A stretch of DNA of 64,000 nucleotides from Octopus sinensis (taxonomy: Eukaryota), in assembly GCF_006345805.1 (NCBI RefSeq), contig NC_043001.1, positions 100,192,001 through 100,256,000 on the forward strand, given 5' to 3'. The notes below the pieces were generated by a model. The model saw only the letters and a program-made list of their open reading frames with translations, was not told where the DNA came from and did not search any database. Made by a program: the position numbers and the translations under genes. Of the stretch, positions 24,381 through 37,790 are shown in pieces (within the stretch, counting starts at the first letter, position 1; the number at the start of each line of letters is the position of its first letter).

Positions 24381-25705
24381 TTTCTCTTTATTATAGGCAC
24401 AAGGCCCAAATACAGAGGGGACATGCACAAACATGTGGCAAGAAAAAAAAACATATGAAAGAATGAATTACAGTATAATGAATATGAGACGGTTTTCTCG
24501 GTCCCGCTCCGAGACGAAACCGCGATTACTGTTTTACAATTAAACGTTCTTACAATCTTTTCTTTTTTTCCCTTTTTTAGCTCGTTCTTTTTCTTAGTGT
24601 TTTTTTATGGTTTTTTTTCTCTAAACTTTTTAACAGTCTATTTTCCTTGTTTTTTATATGAAGTACAAATTTTACTTACTTGTTTTTACATGTTCATAAA
24701 GGGTTTCAAATCTTCTAATTCCACGACCAGTGGGAGCTCGTCAAACTTGACTTCAACCTTCAGCTCGTCTATGAAAAGTCGATACATCTCTCTCAATTTC
24801 AAAAATCTCTCTTTGTCTATGACTATTCCTTTAGGGTATTCCGGGTATTTTCCTGGCGGCAGCTTTACTCTTATTACCGATTTATATTTTACAATCGTTT
24901 TCTTTATTTCTTTACTTTTGGAACACAGGACCAAATGCCACTTGTATCTCTTCCTTTTCACTTCTGCTTGCTTCGGTTCCTGTCCTGATGTGTTCGGGCA
25001 CACAGAAACATTGCAACCAACTCCACAAACGCTTCCTCTTTCTCCCTCTTGTAATGCTGTTTTTTCCTGTGTGCCTTCTTTCACCACTGCTTCTGTTGGT
25101 GCTTCACACCTATTTCGCTTTTTCTTCCGTTACAGTCTCTTTTAGCCTTTTTTGACTGTTTAGGGGTGAATTCACCCGTTTCTTTCTCTTCCTCCTGTTT
25201 ACTACTGTGAAGGGTTCCTCCACTCCATCTTCCTCCTTCACCGGTACCACCTCATCGGCATTTCTCTCCTCCCCACTCCTCCCACTGCCACTCGAAGTCT
25301 GGTGTCCCCCGGGAGCATTTCCTCCGCCACACTTTGCAAGTCTTCCAAAGACACCTGTGTGGTCACCTCGAGGCCACATCCCCACCAATTGGACCATGGG
25401 GTCCCCGCCATCCTGAGGATCTCCACCTCATCCCCCATATTGCGCATCACGGCTGCTACCAGCCATTCCTCCGCGATTTCCGAGAGGCTCTCCTCCAATT
25501 CTCACTTTGGCAATGCGTCCGCCACAGCACATCGGAAGCAGCATCCATCTCACTGTCCACAACGGCTCCGTGGAACGGTCCATGACATCCTCCTCGCTGC
25601 CAAACCCCACCTCCACCGAGCCACACCTTCCTCCACGTGTACAGAATGTGGTCAGCCTCTTCACATTTTCGAGGCCCTCCTCCACCTCCTCTGTTGGGGC
25701 TAACT
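24381..25705 (-). mobile_element. Second ORF1-only L1/Tx1-like element, 5'-truncated
   Basis: Frameshifted ORF homologous to 1403-3124 (RGGRCGSVEVGF...WLVAAVMRNMGDEVEILRMAGTP...; C-terminal PEYPKGIVID), stop at 24686-24688. A-rich 3' UTR ending ...cccctctgtatttgggccttgtgcctataataaag. No CCHC, no ORF2. Confidence 0.65.
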
Positions 25706-25838
25706 CTACACTCACAAGGCTTTAATCAGCCCAAGGTTACAGCAGAAGATTCTGACCCAAGGTGCCATGCTGTGGAACTGAACTCGGAACCATGTGGTTG
25801 GGTAACAAGCTTCTTACCACACAGCCACACCTGTGCCT
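25706..25838 (-). mobile_element. SINE family A head fragment abutting the ORF1-only element
   Basis: ggcacaggtgtggctgtgtggtaagaagcttg...aaagccttgtgagtg runs directly into the ORF1-like sequence. Confidence 0.85.
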
Positions 25839-25840
25839 AT

Positions 25841-26115
25841 ATCATCATCATCATCATCATCGTCGTTGTCGTCATCGTCGTTGAACGTCTGCTTTCCATG
25901 CTGGCATGGGTTGGACGGTTTAACTGAAGTCTGGAGAGCCAGGAGGCTGCACCAGGCTCCAATCTGGTCTGGCAAGGTTTCTTCAGTTGGATACCCTTCC
26001 TAATGCCAACCACTCCTAGAGTGTAGTGGGTGCTTTTTAGGTGCCACCGGCACAAGGGCCAGTCAGGGTGCACTAGTAACGACCACTCTTAAATGGTGCT
26101 TTTTATGTGCCACCG
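25841..26115 (-). mobile_element. RTE LINE 3' tail copy
   Basis: (atc)n tail plus ggatacccttcctaatgccaacc core. Confidence 0.85.
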
Positions 26116-26396
26116 ATGTTTATTATTCTTACAAAGTACACAGTATCCCATCAGATTGATGTAAAATTGTTTTTATCATAACTGATCATAAAAACAAACA
26201 TTAATATATATATATATATATATATATATAATTGTGTGTGTATGTATGTATGTATTATAGAGCGTTAGAAGTGGTGTACAGATATTGGGTATTGAGAAAA
26301 GAGGAGCTTATCAGAATTTTGGAAAAAGAATTTTTTTATTTAGTCGTTATTATTAGCAGTCTTGTTCCATCTTCGAACTTGTCAAATAAGTATATA

Positions 26397-26477
<81 letters not shown>

Positions 26478-26902
26478 TACATGTACACATGCTCATATAC
26501 ACACTTACACACAGTTCATGTGTGTGGGTCCCCTTTGTTATAAACCAACGCATTGTGTGGAGTTTTACTCCATCCACTGCTGGGCAGTTTGCAGTATGGT
26601 AATGTCCCTTAAAACAGGTGCTTTAAAACTTTCTCATGCCTGTTGCTGTTTTACAATAAATAGACGTCTGTGGGACAGGTGGAGGTCACCAGAGTGGTTC
26701 TGTTTTTGGTGCTGTATGGAGTTTGCAGTTAATAATAATGTACTCAGTGCTTGTATGACCTTTTAAAGGGCAATTCTTGGTGGGGTGAGATGGGTCTGCT
26801 GAAGGTCATGTACCAATGAATTCCTTGTTACTTTATTGTTTGATTATTTTTGGCACCAAATTTTGTGGTGGACTGAAATTGTGTTTTACAGTCTACTCTT
26901 AA

Positions 26903-27126
26903 CCCTTTCATTACCAACCTGGCTGAAACTGGCTCTGGTTCTGAATACAAATGTTTTGTTTTCATAAGTTTTCAATTAAAATCTTCCACCAAACCTTAGT
27001 TACAATTTATGTTCTTAACACTAGCTTAATGATAACTAAGTTATTTTACTAAATTCTTTGTTATATTTAAAATTAATTGAAAGAAACTTGACAGAGCATC
27101 TCAACAGAAATACAGTAATGAAAGGA
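26903..27126. mobile_element. piggyBac-type MITE
   Basis: TTAA|ccctttcattac ... gtaatgaaagga|TTAA: 12-bp TIR (one mismatch), TTAA TSD at 26899-26902 and 27127-27130. Confidence 0.8.
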
Positions 27127-27429
27127 TTAAATGTTTGTAGTAGTTTTAGGAATATGTTATCATAGCTCTTATTAATGAAATCACAGGTTGAACGTGATGG
27201 AGGAGCAGAATTAGTTTGGGTCTATGAGCTTGATGGAGTTGGATTGGCTTTCTTTTCTTTGATTGTGCTGAATTGGTGAATTATGGTTAGTGACAATGAT
27301 AAGTTAAGGTATAGGTAGACATTTACAGGTGTAATATAGATAGGTGGGACATTGCATGAGTCATGAGGTAGAGTCAAACTGGATATGAATGAGGGTGTTT
27401 GGGGCTGAAGTTGGGATGCAAGAATGCAT

Positions 27430-27780
27430 GAAAGTTGATAATTTAAAGGACTTTATATGCAGACAAGGCATAAAGGTATTTTTTCCCCTTTAATTAAGAA
27501 TGTTTTGTGGGTGAGTTACTATTTCCAGCTTCTCCATGGCACATATATTACATCTGCTGCCCATCCGGTCATACATTTTAGCCTTGGATCCATCTTATTA
27601 AAGGCTTCCCGTACCATCAGGCTCCAGATGAATTGAAATAGTAAAGTTGGTTTACTTCAGATATCTCTGACTTCTTAAAAGTGATTCAGCACATCTCCAC
27701 CAGTTCTTTCTCATTTATCAGTTTGCTGAGAGTCGTAACTGTCGTGGAGGAATTGATTGTAACCATAAAGACAACCAAGA
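27430..27780 (-). mobile_element. Decayed Penelope-like element C-terminus
   Basis: STTVTTLSKLI...W...YDRMGSRCNICAMEKLEIVTHPQNILN matches the PLE endonuclease C-terminal pattern (TALSKH.W...RCNLCL.EK..I...N.LN). Confidence 0.6.
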
Positions 27781-28321
27781 ATTATACAAAATATTTACGG
27801 AAATAATTGGCTCTAAAGTTATTTTTCTAAGTCAGTGTTTTTTATTCCTTGTTTTTCACATCCTGTCTGGAGTCAATTTAACCTACTATGGATATTTTAG
27901 GTTAGTCAGAGAGAGAGAAAAGAGAGAGAGGGGGGGATAGATAGAGTGTGTGTGTGTGTGTATATGTGTGTCTCCTCACCACCATTTGATAACTGGTGTT
28001 GGTGTGTTGATGTCCCTATAACTTAGTGATTTCATAAAAATAGATTGATAGAACAGGTGCCAGGCTTTAAAATAAACGCTGTGCTTGGTTTGTTTGACTC
28101 GAATTCTTTAAGGTGGTGCCCCAGTCTGGCCACAGTCTAGTGACCTAACACATAAAGGATAAAAGGTTTTTAAAAAATCAGCAATGGTTGGTGTGTGTAT
28201 AGACAAACCTTCACTGATGCATTGGATGTGTGTAGCTCATTGTTGTTTGTGTGTGGTTGTTTGTGTACATGTGTAATACGTAATATGTTCATGGCGTATG
28301 TATGTATGTATGTGTTCATCC

Positions 28322-28985
28322 CTAACACTTCTGGAATGGTGTACAAACTTTCATTGTACCACTAAGCATTTGTGTTTCAAGAATGTAAACCATTTGTTTC
28401 TTTAAGGAGATCCTTGTCATTTCTATACTTTTATGCAAATCTTTTGGCACATAGTTTATGGTGTCTGTGATGAGAGATACAAATGAAACTCTAACGCCTG
28501 AATATAAGAGCTGTAAGTTTCTCCTTATTTCTCCGTAGATGTTTCCTTTTAGCAAGTTTTGAAGAAATCTTTACTTCTGCTGATCTTTACAACAGTGCAC
28601 GGACTTTAGTTCCCTGTCCTGCAGTATCTGCCACATTCTGCTCACAACAAGCTGATGTTTTTATTGGAATCTTCCATTTGTATTTATTTTTAAAGATATG
28701 AATGCATTTGTGTTCTTGTGTCTTTGGTATGGCCATCAAGATGATCCTTACTGAGTTTAGCATTTTAGAAGAATTTAGTGAGAATGACATATTTCAAGAG
28801 AAGGTAGTACCATGTGAACATTTTTGGACAGCTACTGATAGTATGGGTGATATCTTCCACACTGGTATGGTACACTTGTCATTTTCTTTCACAACGTTGT
28901 AGAGGCATTTTATCTTCCTTGTTGATATTTAGTAGCTATCTCCTGTTCCTGGACAGCAAAGGCTAGCCTTTGAGCTGAGATATGG
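28322..28985 (-). mobile_element. R4/Dong-type (restriction-like endonuclease) LINE 3' fragment
   Basis: AFAVQEQEIATKY...SVEDITHTISSCPKM (CCHC region), KWKIPIKTS, NIYGEIRRNLQLLYS...YVPKDL...SGTMKVC; multiple stops and frameshifts. Confidence 0.75.
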
Positions 28986-29339
28986 TACATCTATTGCAGG
29001 TCTATATATATCCAGGCATGTATTTCTGCATGTATGTGTAAGTGCATGCATTTTAGAATGTATGTGAAGTATACGGGGGTAAATTTTTATGTATGTTTGT
29101 ATATGTGTTAGTCGTATCTATGTAACTGCATTTATGTATATTGGCATGTATGTGTGAGTATATGCATATATGAATAGGTGTATGTTATATAAATCATGTA
29201 TGTGTATATATATATATAAATCATGTGTGTATATATATAAACATGTATATGTGCATGTTTGTATATGTAAATGCATCTATTTGCCATGTATTTGTCTGTG
29301 GAGGTTCATGTAAGCATGCATATGTATAAAAGTGTATGT

Positions 29340-29535
29340 GTTTTACATATGTATGTACATATGCATGTATGTATGTATGTATATGTATGTATGTATGTAT
29401 GTATGATGTATGTATGTATGTGTGTATGTATGTGTGTGTATGTATGTATGTATGTATGTATGTATGTAGGTATGTATATGTATGTATGTATGTGTGTGTG
29501 TGTGTGTATATATGTATGTATTATGTATGCATGTA
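29340..29535. repeat. (TATG)n/(TG)n array
   Basis: Direct inspection. Confidence 0.95.
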
Positions 29536-30202
29536 GTGAATAAAGAGTGTCATGCTCTAAAGAAATATTCAGTAATAAATAGATTGAAGGCGAACTGACT
29601 GCTGCAACTCATCCAATCTCTTCGTGTGCCCATAAAAATCATAGTGTTTACATTTTGATAGATTTCTTTTGTACATAAGTTAATTCTATTAGTAACACAT
29701 CTCAAGTTAAAGAGACATACATATACGATTTCATAGTAGCTTATTAAAAAGACATCTCCGAACATTTCTTACGTTCGTTGCATTCATTTCAGATGACCAC
29801 GTTTTATAGAATGGTTTCATAACTCACCAATAATTATTTGATGGCAGTAAAAATGCTAAAAATATGGACATTAAGCATGACATGATTAATGCGATATAAC
29901 TTGAAATATTGGTCTTTTATTGTTGTAAGATTTGCTTCCCACAAGAAGCGCACTGAATTATTTCATCCAAAATAAACTTTTGCTTCTTCAAGATTGAACA
30001 TACAGTATTTAATGAATAGAAACATATGTATGTGTGTATATGCGAACATGCATACATCAATACAGTTATTTACATAGAAACATATGCACAGGTATATATA
30101 CACACGCTTACACACACACACTGACATCTATGGATATTACATTCAGCTATTTATGCAGATAGCTCACTTTTTCTTTGGGGCACTCTCTCAATATGTGTGT
30201 GT

Positions 30203-30206
<4 letters not shown>

Positions 30207-30289
<83 letters not shown>

Positions 30290-30330
30290 AGAGAGTGAGA
30301 GAGAGAGAGAGAGAGAGTGTGTGTGCGTGT
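30207..30330. repeat. (GA)n then (GT)n microsatellite
   Basis: Direct inspection. Confidence 0.95.
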
Positions 30331-31444
30331 GCATGTATATACTCATTTACTCCTATACATACACATATGAAGTATTATGTATGGGACCTTACTTATAATA
30401 ACTACAACAACAATAATGATAATAATAATAACAGCAACAATAACAATGTTATGTATGTACGTATACATACATGTGTACATGTGCATTTAAGAGAAAGCAC
30501 ATGTGTGTATACTCACATGAAGGTAAATACAAGCACACATACACATTGATGCACACACACACATTGATGCACACATACACATTGATGCATTTTACTTCAT
30601 TAAACTTGTCATCATTCAATATTTTGTATTTAGTTCTTTGTATTAAATTTATTGAAAAGACCTTTTAATATTTAACTTTTGCAGATGTCAACATTAATTT
30701 CGTACACGTATATAAACTTTATTTCTTTTCAGAATAAATGTATCTTTGAACACATATTCATTCACTTAACTGGCATATGGTTCCAAGTTCAGTCCCACAA
30801 CACAATACTTAAGCAAGTTCTTCTACTATGGCCTTCAAGCCTTGCAGCATCCAATAATCTGAGTGAAATTGAGTTGAAAGAAACCGAGCATCTGTGTGTG
30901 TGGGTGTCTATTTGCATATATCCAGTTAGAGAATTTATGTATAAAGATCAAAAATAAATCCACAGTAATTAATAGCCCAATTAATGAGAGGTGATTAAAC
31001 TCCAACACATAATTACATTGCTGTAAATCCAAGTGGGACTGACTTGCATGTATGCATATATGTGTGTGTGTGTGTGTGCGCGTGTGTGTGTGTTTATGCA
31101 TGTCTGTGAGTGCGTGTGTGTGTTTATGTGTGTGAGTGTGATCAGTGAAAATGATAAATATAAGCATATTTCACTTAGTCATCCACTGACCAATTGCATA
31201 AATAATATTATCAATGTCTTTAAATATATAATACTAAACTCATATTGATGAAACTTATTAGCTGTAACACAAACAACAAATATAATTTTAAAAAAGTTTA
31301 CTTGAACAACACATATCAGAGGTTATATAACCTCTGTAACTATTTCTAATCTAAAGCTAAGAAATACAATTCCTTGCAAATATCCTTAGTATTTTTAGTA
31401 TTGATGGTATTTCACACAATACTTCCTGAGTTGCTGATACTAAC

Positions 31445-31494
31445 CTTATGTTATTCAATAATTCATCTGCTGGCATGTTGAATGACTTCCGTCT
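31445..31494 (-). CDS. Candidate short exon, unknown protein
   Basis: ttattattttgctag|AGA...ATAAG|gttagt; 50 nt, RRKSFNMPADELLNNI, phase 0 to 2. Confidence 0.25.
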
Positions 31495-31909
31495 CTAGCA
31501 AAATAATAATAATCTATTATTAAATAGTAATAAAAGAAATAGGAAATGGAATTTTACCTGGTATGATGTTCCATTTTCAATAGATGTCAAAATGAGAATT
31601 GCACGCTTATTCTTTAAAATTCTTTCCCATTGCAATATAAGTATTACTAAATTTTCAACAAGTCAACCATTAAACTTTCTTGTTCAGCAACCCCTAATTT
31701 AGTCTCTATTATAGCTAAATCAAATCAGAACAAATTAAAGAAATGTGATATTTATTCTAAACTGACCAAAAATTCTTGTATTTATGTGGAATGTCCTGTC
31801 CTCTATATTAGTTATAATAACATTAGTAGTAATTGTAGCCTTAGAATGAGTAGGAGTGGTCGTAATAATACAAGCATCCAGCAACCCACGTAGTGATTGC
31901 ACAACCTTA

Positions 31910-32680
31910 CAAATGCTACCTCTAAATGAGTGATGTGAAAATCAAATGGGACTGGAACTGTTAACTGTGAAGATGTCATGCATGGCAGGCAAGGAGAATC
32001 TGGTAAAGCTCTGGCAGGTCAGCATCAAGTTGTTGAGCAGGACCAGAATCAAAGTCAAAAGTGTAAAAGGGGAAATAAAAACGAAGTGGGAAAAAGAGGG
32101 GATCAAATTTCTAATTGAAATTCTGGCTGAGAAATGAGCCAAATAAAAGAGGTTTCATGAAATGAATGAAGGGAATACAGGATGAAAAAGGAAGAGTTTT
32201 TGAAGCATCCACCCAGAAACTGATAGACCAGGTGAGGGCAATTCATATGAATGACTGGATTACAGGATTAGGGGTTGAAGAAATTCAGAGAAGAATAAAA
32301 AGTGAGAAGGAAGAGTGAGAAACAACATAGCAGAAAGTGGTAATGATGGATTAAAAGATGCAGAATATGAAAAAGAAGAAGGAAATCATTATGAGCCTGA
32401 GATTGCTGATGGAGAAAATAATGAAGACGATCAAGTTGGACAGGTGAGAGTAAATGCTGTAATAAGTCTTAGATGACAAAGAGGAGATTCTAGGAATGCT
32501 GCAAGGTGAAATGTGTGATGGAAACAATGGAGTACCACCAAATGTCAGATATATGAACAGAAGGAAAGTAAAGAGAGCCACAGCCAAAGGAAATGGTGCT
32601 TTGAGCTTGGTTGGCACAGAAAACATCAGTGAAACAAATGTGCTAACAATTCTGCCTTAATAATAATAATAATAATAATG
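31910..32680 (+). mobile_element. R4/Dong-type LINE N-terminal fragment joined to (TAA)n
   Basis: RGF(M)K...EASTQKLIDQVRAIHMNDWITGL..EEIQRRI and PPNVRYMNRRKVKRATAK.NGALSLVGTENISETNVL match the N-terminal domain of RLE-type LINEs; (TAA)7 at 32658-32679. Confidence 0.65.
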
Positions 32681-32939
32681 AAAAGAGTGAATGCAGCATA
32701 GATGATGACGATGATGATGATGGTTATTATTCCATATTCTATTCATAAAATCATTTACTCTTACAGTATTCCTGGAACTAAAATACTTTGCCTACTTTCT
32801 ATAAGACATTTACTTTGCATACAAGATTAATTCCGTGCCATATTAATTACACAGCTTCCATGATTGTTTGCTTCATTAAAAGGTTCCTGGACATGTAAGA
32901 ACTGTTTAGCATTGCATGATGCTGCTACTGTACGAGACT

Positions 32940-33165
32940 TGTTCCGGCAGCAAACTGGAAGAATTGCTAGCATGCTGGACAAGATGCTGGGCAGTATTTC
33001 ATCCATCTTTACACTCTGAGTTCGAATGCCACGGAGGCCGACTTTGTCTTTCGTCCTTCTCAGGTTGATAAAATAGTTGTGAGTTGAACACTGGGGTCGA
33101 TACAATCAACTAGAGTCCTTCCCTCCAAATTATCAGGTCTTGTGCCTTCTGTAGGAAGGTTATTT
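32940..33165 (+). mobile_element. SINE family B
   Basis: ctgagttcgaatgccacggaggccgactttgtctttcgtccttctcaggttgataaaatag...cactggggtcgat. Confidence 0.75.
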
Positions 33166-35974
33166 ATACTCTGGATAAAAATGAGTTGAATTTACCTCTA
33201 CTACCACGGTACTACTACCACCACAACAGCTATCACCACTCCAACCATGGCAAACACTGCTGCCACTGCTACCACCACCACCACCACCACCACCACCACC
33301 ACCATCACTATCACTGTTATAATCATTGTCCCTTATTTGCTCTCCACTCCTCTTTCTCCTTTCTCTTCCCTCACCACAACCACCTGACTTATTTGGGAAA
33401 GTCTGTGACTGTCAGATCCTTGAATCCTGTACCATTTCTTCATCTTGGTTCAATATTCTTTTCTCTTAAACAACTTCTGAGTGTTTTTCCTTGCTTTGCC
33501 TCAGCTCCAGCTTTCTTCGATTATAAACTTGCAGCTTTCCTACCAGTTTGTCTTAGATATGTGCCAAGTGAACACTGAAGAACCATCTTTACATGAAAGA
33601 TGAGCTCTGTTATTGCAAAAAAGATGTTCGTATCAATGTACCTAATTTGTGAACCCTTACCATTGTTCAACTGAAGTAAAGCTAAATAATTGTCTTTCAT
33701 GCTTTTGATTTTTGGAAAAATTGTGCTTTGGATATTTTTTCTATCATTTGTTTTGAAGCTTTTAAGTTTGTGTTTCCTCATAAATAACAAAGTTCAAGGT
33801 CAGTGTTGTGTGGCATTGGCTCCTACATCTTTATTTCTAGCAAGAAAAAGAAGAATATGAGAGTCAGGGAGGGAAAGAGAGAAAGAGAGATATGAAGTAA
33901 AAGAAAAAAAAAAGGAAAATAAATATGATAGCGACATACACGAAGATAAAACTGGAATAAAAACACTGTCAAAGAAACCAATATTATATAGCAGATGTAT
34001 ATTATACCATTTCTCTTATTCTGCCGATATATGTATATATTGATCTAAACATGGAGAATGAAGAGTTTCTTGGTTAAAAGAAAAAATGTTTAAAAAGCAA
34101 AAATGTTTCTCTCTGTATTCCTTCAACTTTTCAGCCATAAAAATGGTTCTGCTGAAGATATCTTAAACTGATAAAGGTTATCATGCACAAAGTGTATACT
34201 TTCTAATTCTTTGAATATTCCAAGCTGGCATGAATTTTTCCTGGCTGCTGTTTTTATCATGTTTAAATAGAAATCTGAGTTATGTATTTAGCTCAAAAAA
34301 TCAGACACACCATAATGGTCAATAACAGAAGGTTAAAAGCCACAAAAATTCTTCAAATTGTTGTTCCTTGTTTTTGATTTTCCTTTAATATTATTTGGCT
34401 GATTTTTTTTGCTTTTTTGTTTTATTCAATTCTTCCATAAGCTTAATTTTAGTTTTAGACTTGAAGTATCAAATGGATTCAAAATGCCAAATTATATAAC
34501 TTTCAACAAATAATGTGTTTAGCTTAAATATCATGGTCAACTACAAGAGTGACCCATAGACTTTGGTCAGCTTTATTACATCTTGAAACAATCATGGGAA
34601 TATTGTAAAGATTCTTGCTTGATATGGTTGACATCTCTCACTTGCCATGTCATCTGTCATATTCTACCTAAAAAATATTTTTTTTCTCTTTAGTAAATAT
34701 CTATCTGCAGACTCAAGAAGTTAATAGTCTTTGGCATTTTGACAATGCTTTAAATAAAATAATTAAAAGAGAAAAAAAAGAGAAAAAGAGAAGGAAAACG
34801 AAAAGAAAAATGGTGAAGCAGTTTAGCAATTCCATTAGATTTTCTCACGGCTAAATAGTTGCATCCTACTTTAGAATCTTACTATTTTTCAATGTAGACC
34901 ATCATTTGTTCCTCACTTTCTATTGTTTCCCTTCAAAATAAGCAAAAGGGTCCGTTTAAAATTGAGATCTATTGGAAATAGAGTCCAATTGTGACACAAC
35001 TGTGTCTGCAACATGGTTCTCATACTGAAGAAATAGGTGAACGACCCAATCTGATAATGAATAAATAAATATAACGATAGGGATCAAATGTAAACGAAAT
35101 ATTTTTATAGCTATCTTTTATCGTTTCCGTGATCCGGTCATTAGACTATGGTAATGCTGGTGGTCACAGGTTAAAATGTACCCATTTTCTACAGTAAAAG
35201 GGGTTGGCATTGAAGCATTCTAGTTCTAGACTTTTATGAAAGTGTTGCTAAAAAAAGCCGTGCACATCTGCTTGAAATCTGTTATCATCTGTTCTTTGTT
35301 GTTTATCAAGGTCTGTGTCATGCTTCAGATGTGATGGTCTCTTGCTACTCTCCGAGGTCTTGAAACAACCTTAGCACCCTTATATTTCAGTACTTAAACC
35401 TTAGAGTAAATGTGCAGTGTTTAACACTAATGAAATGGCCAAGTACTATTTTTTTATCTCAACCATTTTTCTTTGCAAAATCCTTTCTGCAAACTTTAAA
35501 TTTTCCTTTAAATTCATCTCTTGTCAACTATTTTCTATAGCTACTTCTTTGCTAATTGTGCCATTTTTGGAGTTCCTCTTCCCTGTCAAGTTTCACAGAT
35601 TACTGATCAGGAAGTTTCTTTTCTTTCCTTCTCTCTCTTTATTTTGGAATTCTATTTTTGATTCTTCTTTTTTTTTTTTTTTTTCATGTTTTTACTTATT
35701 TTGCTCTCATCTAAATCTTTATCTTCAGTTGAAGCATTTCTAAAGCTGTAAACTGATAGAATTGATTAAGATAAAATATTTTCTGCTTTTTGTTCTGACC
35801 CTTATTTTGTGCAGTTCAAATCCAGATGAAGTCAACTTTGATTTTGATCTCTCTGATTTCCATAACATATCTGACTCAGCTGATGGAATTCTTATAACAT
35901 TGGACAAAATGCTTTGTGGAACTTCTTCAAATTCTTTATATTTTAAGATCCACATTAAGTATGGTGAAATTATA

Positions 35975-36302
35975 GGAGCACTCCATCAGTTACAGCGACA
36001 AGGGTCCCAGCTGATCCAATCAATGGAACAGCCTGCTGGTGAAATCAACATGTAGGTGGCTGAACACTCCACAGACACGTGTACCCTTAACATAATTCTC
36101 GGGGTAAATTCAGCATGACATGAAGTGTGACAAGGCTGGCCCTTTGAAATACAGGTACTACTCATTTTTGCCAGCTAAGTGGACTGGAGCAACATGAAAT
36201 AAAGTATCTTGCTCAAGGACACAGTGTGTTGCCAGGAATTGAACTCATGACCATACGATTGTGAGCTGAATGCCCAAACCACTAAGCGATGCACCTTCAC
36301 TG
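35975..36302 (-). mobile_element. tRNA-derived SINE family C
   Basis: Reverse complement: gtgaaggtgcatcgcttagtggtttgggcattcagctcacaatcgtatggtcatgagttcaattcctgg (A/B boxes), then gtgtccttgagcaagatacttt...cagtccacttagctggcaaaaatgagta. Confidence 0.8.
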
Positions 36303-36319
36303 ATGAAATTATATTCTCC

Positions 36320-37790
36320 TAACAAGCTGACAGAGCCTTATAAAACAACTTTCAAAGGAAGAGAACAGTCTTCCAATAATTTACTCAGCAAAAATTGTTG
36401 TTCATCTTGAGAGGTTAGTGTATTTAAATTGATAAACTTTTCCCCATTATTTCCTTTAATATCAACCAGACTCTTTTGTAGACTTCTTTTCCAATTTTCC
36501 TGCCCATTTCAATTGTATTATAGTTTATCAGTTTAATATTTCTATGGATGATTCTGGGTTAATTTACTGATTCCTGTGTTTGGTTCTAATGTTTTCAATT
36601 TTAATTAATTTCTTTCTTCTTCAAATAGGTCTGGTATATTTGTCTAAATCCTGTCCTCATTTTAATTTTATTAATAAATTAATGAATAAATTTTAGTTGA
36701 TTGATCTTTAGTATTTAGTATCTAAGTCTGCAAAATAGAAGAGATTGTTTATAAGACAGCTGAACCCTTAATAACAACTGGTTTATTCAGAACCTTTGTT
36801 AAAGTTGAAGGAATAAGGAGTCTTTCATTTTCATATCTTATGAGTATAGGGCTGATCGTTGTCTACCCTGCAGTGATATGGTTTTTTAAAAATATATTAT
36901 CTATGTACCATGGGGTGCTTTCTCAAGATGGAGTGTCTGTAATTGCCAATACTGCGATATACAGTAAAAGCTCTTTGGTAATTGACCCCTGCTATGTTAA
37001 GGCTTTTTCCTTCTCTTTTTCTGTCAGTAATAATTCTTGGATTTACCAGTAATTCTTTTTCTAGCATCTTGTAGTGGGTGCTTTTATGTGCCACCAGCAT
37101 GGGGGTTAGTCAGGTGGTACTGGCATCGACCATGCTTGAATGGTGCCTTTTACGTGCCACCGGCACAGGAGCAAGTCAGGTGGCACTGGCAATGACCACA
37201 CTTGAATGGTGCTTTTTTTATGCCACCAGCAAAAATATTTATTAATATTTTAAGTCTTGTATTTATGATTTTGCACATTTGTCTTACTATATTCAAAATA
37301 TATAAATTTTTTCACCACCATTCTTGTACCATTTTTTCTTGTTACAATCTCTACAGTTCTTAGTTTTGTTTTCAAGTTGTAAGTTTTACCTGTATTAATA
37401 TAATCGTTTGGCTAATTATTTTTATCTTACTTGGTGTCCCAGTTACTATTGCTTATTGCTTTGAAATTTCATAGCAAATTTGATGTCCTTCAAAGTGTTG
37501 CTTTGTTTGGAAAGAATCAACATGTTGACCAAACTCAATCAGACTTCTTTGTGTTTCTTATTATGATACCTGATTCCCTCACTTTGATCTTGTTGACCTT
37601 GACAGACATGTTCCAAAGTAGTGTAGTCATATTATTGTCACCTGTGACTGCTTATGCCTTTTATTTTCCCCATTTTGGTATAAAATTATTTCTATTCTGT
37701 TCAATGGATAGAACAGTGGAATCTGTCGTATCCCTCAATGTATTGTCTTTACAACAATCTGTCAGCTGCGAATGATGTCCTTTGTTTCTT
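36320..37790 (-). mobile_element. Decayed RT region of an R4/Dong-type LINE, interrupted by an RTE tail (37060-37232)
   Basis: ELLVNPRIITDRKREGKSLNIAGVNYQRAF (compare KNLSMAWIDYQKAFDS) and surrounding frameshifted RT-like segments. Confidence 0.45.
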
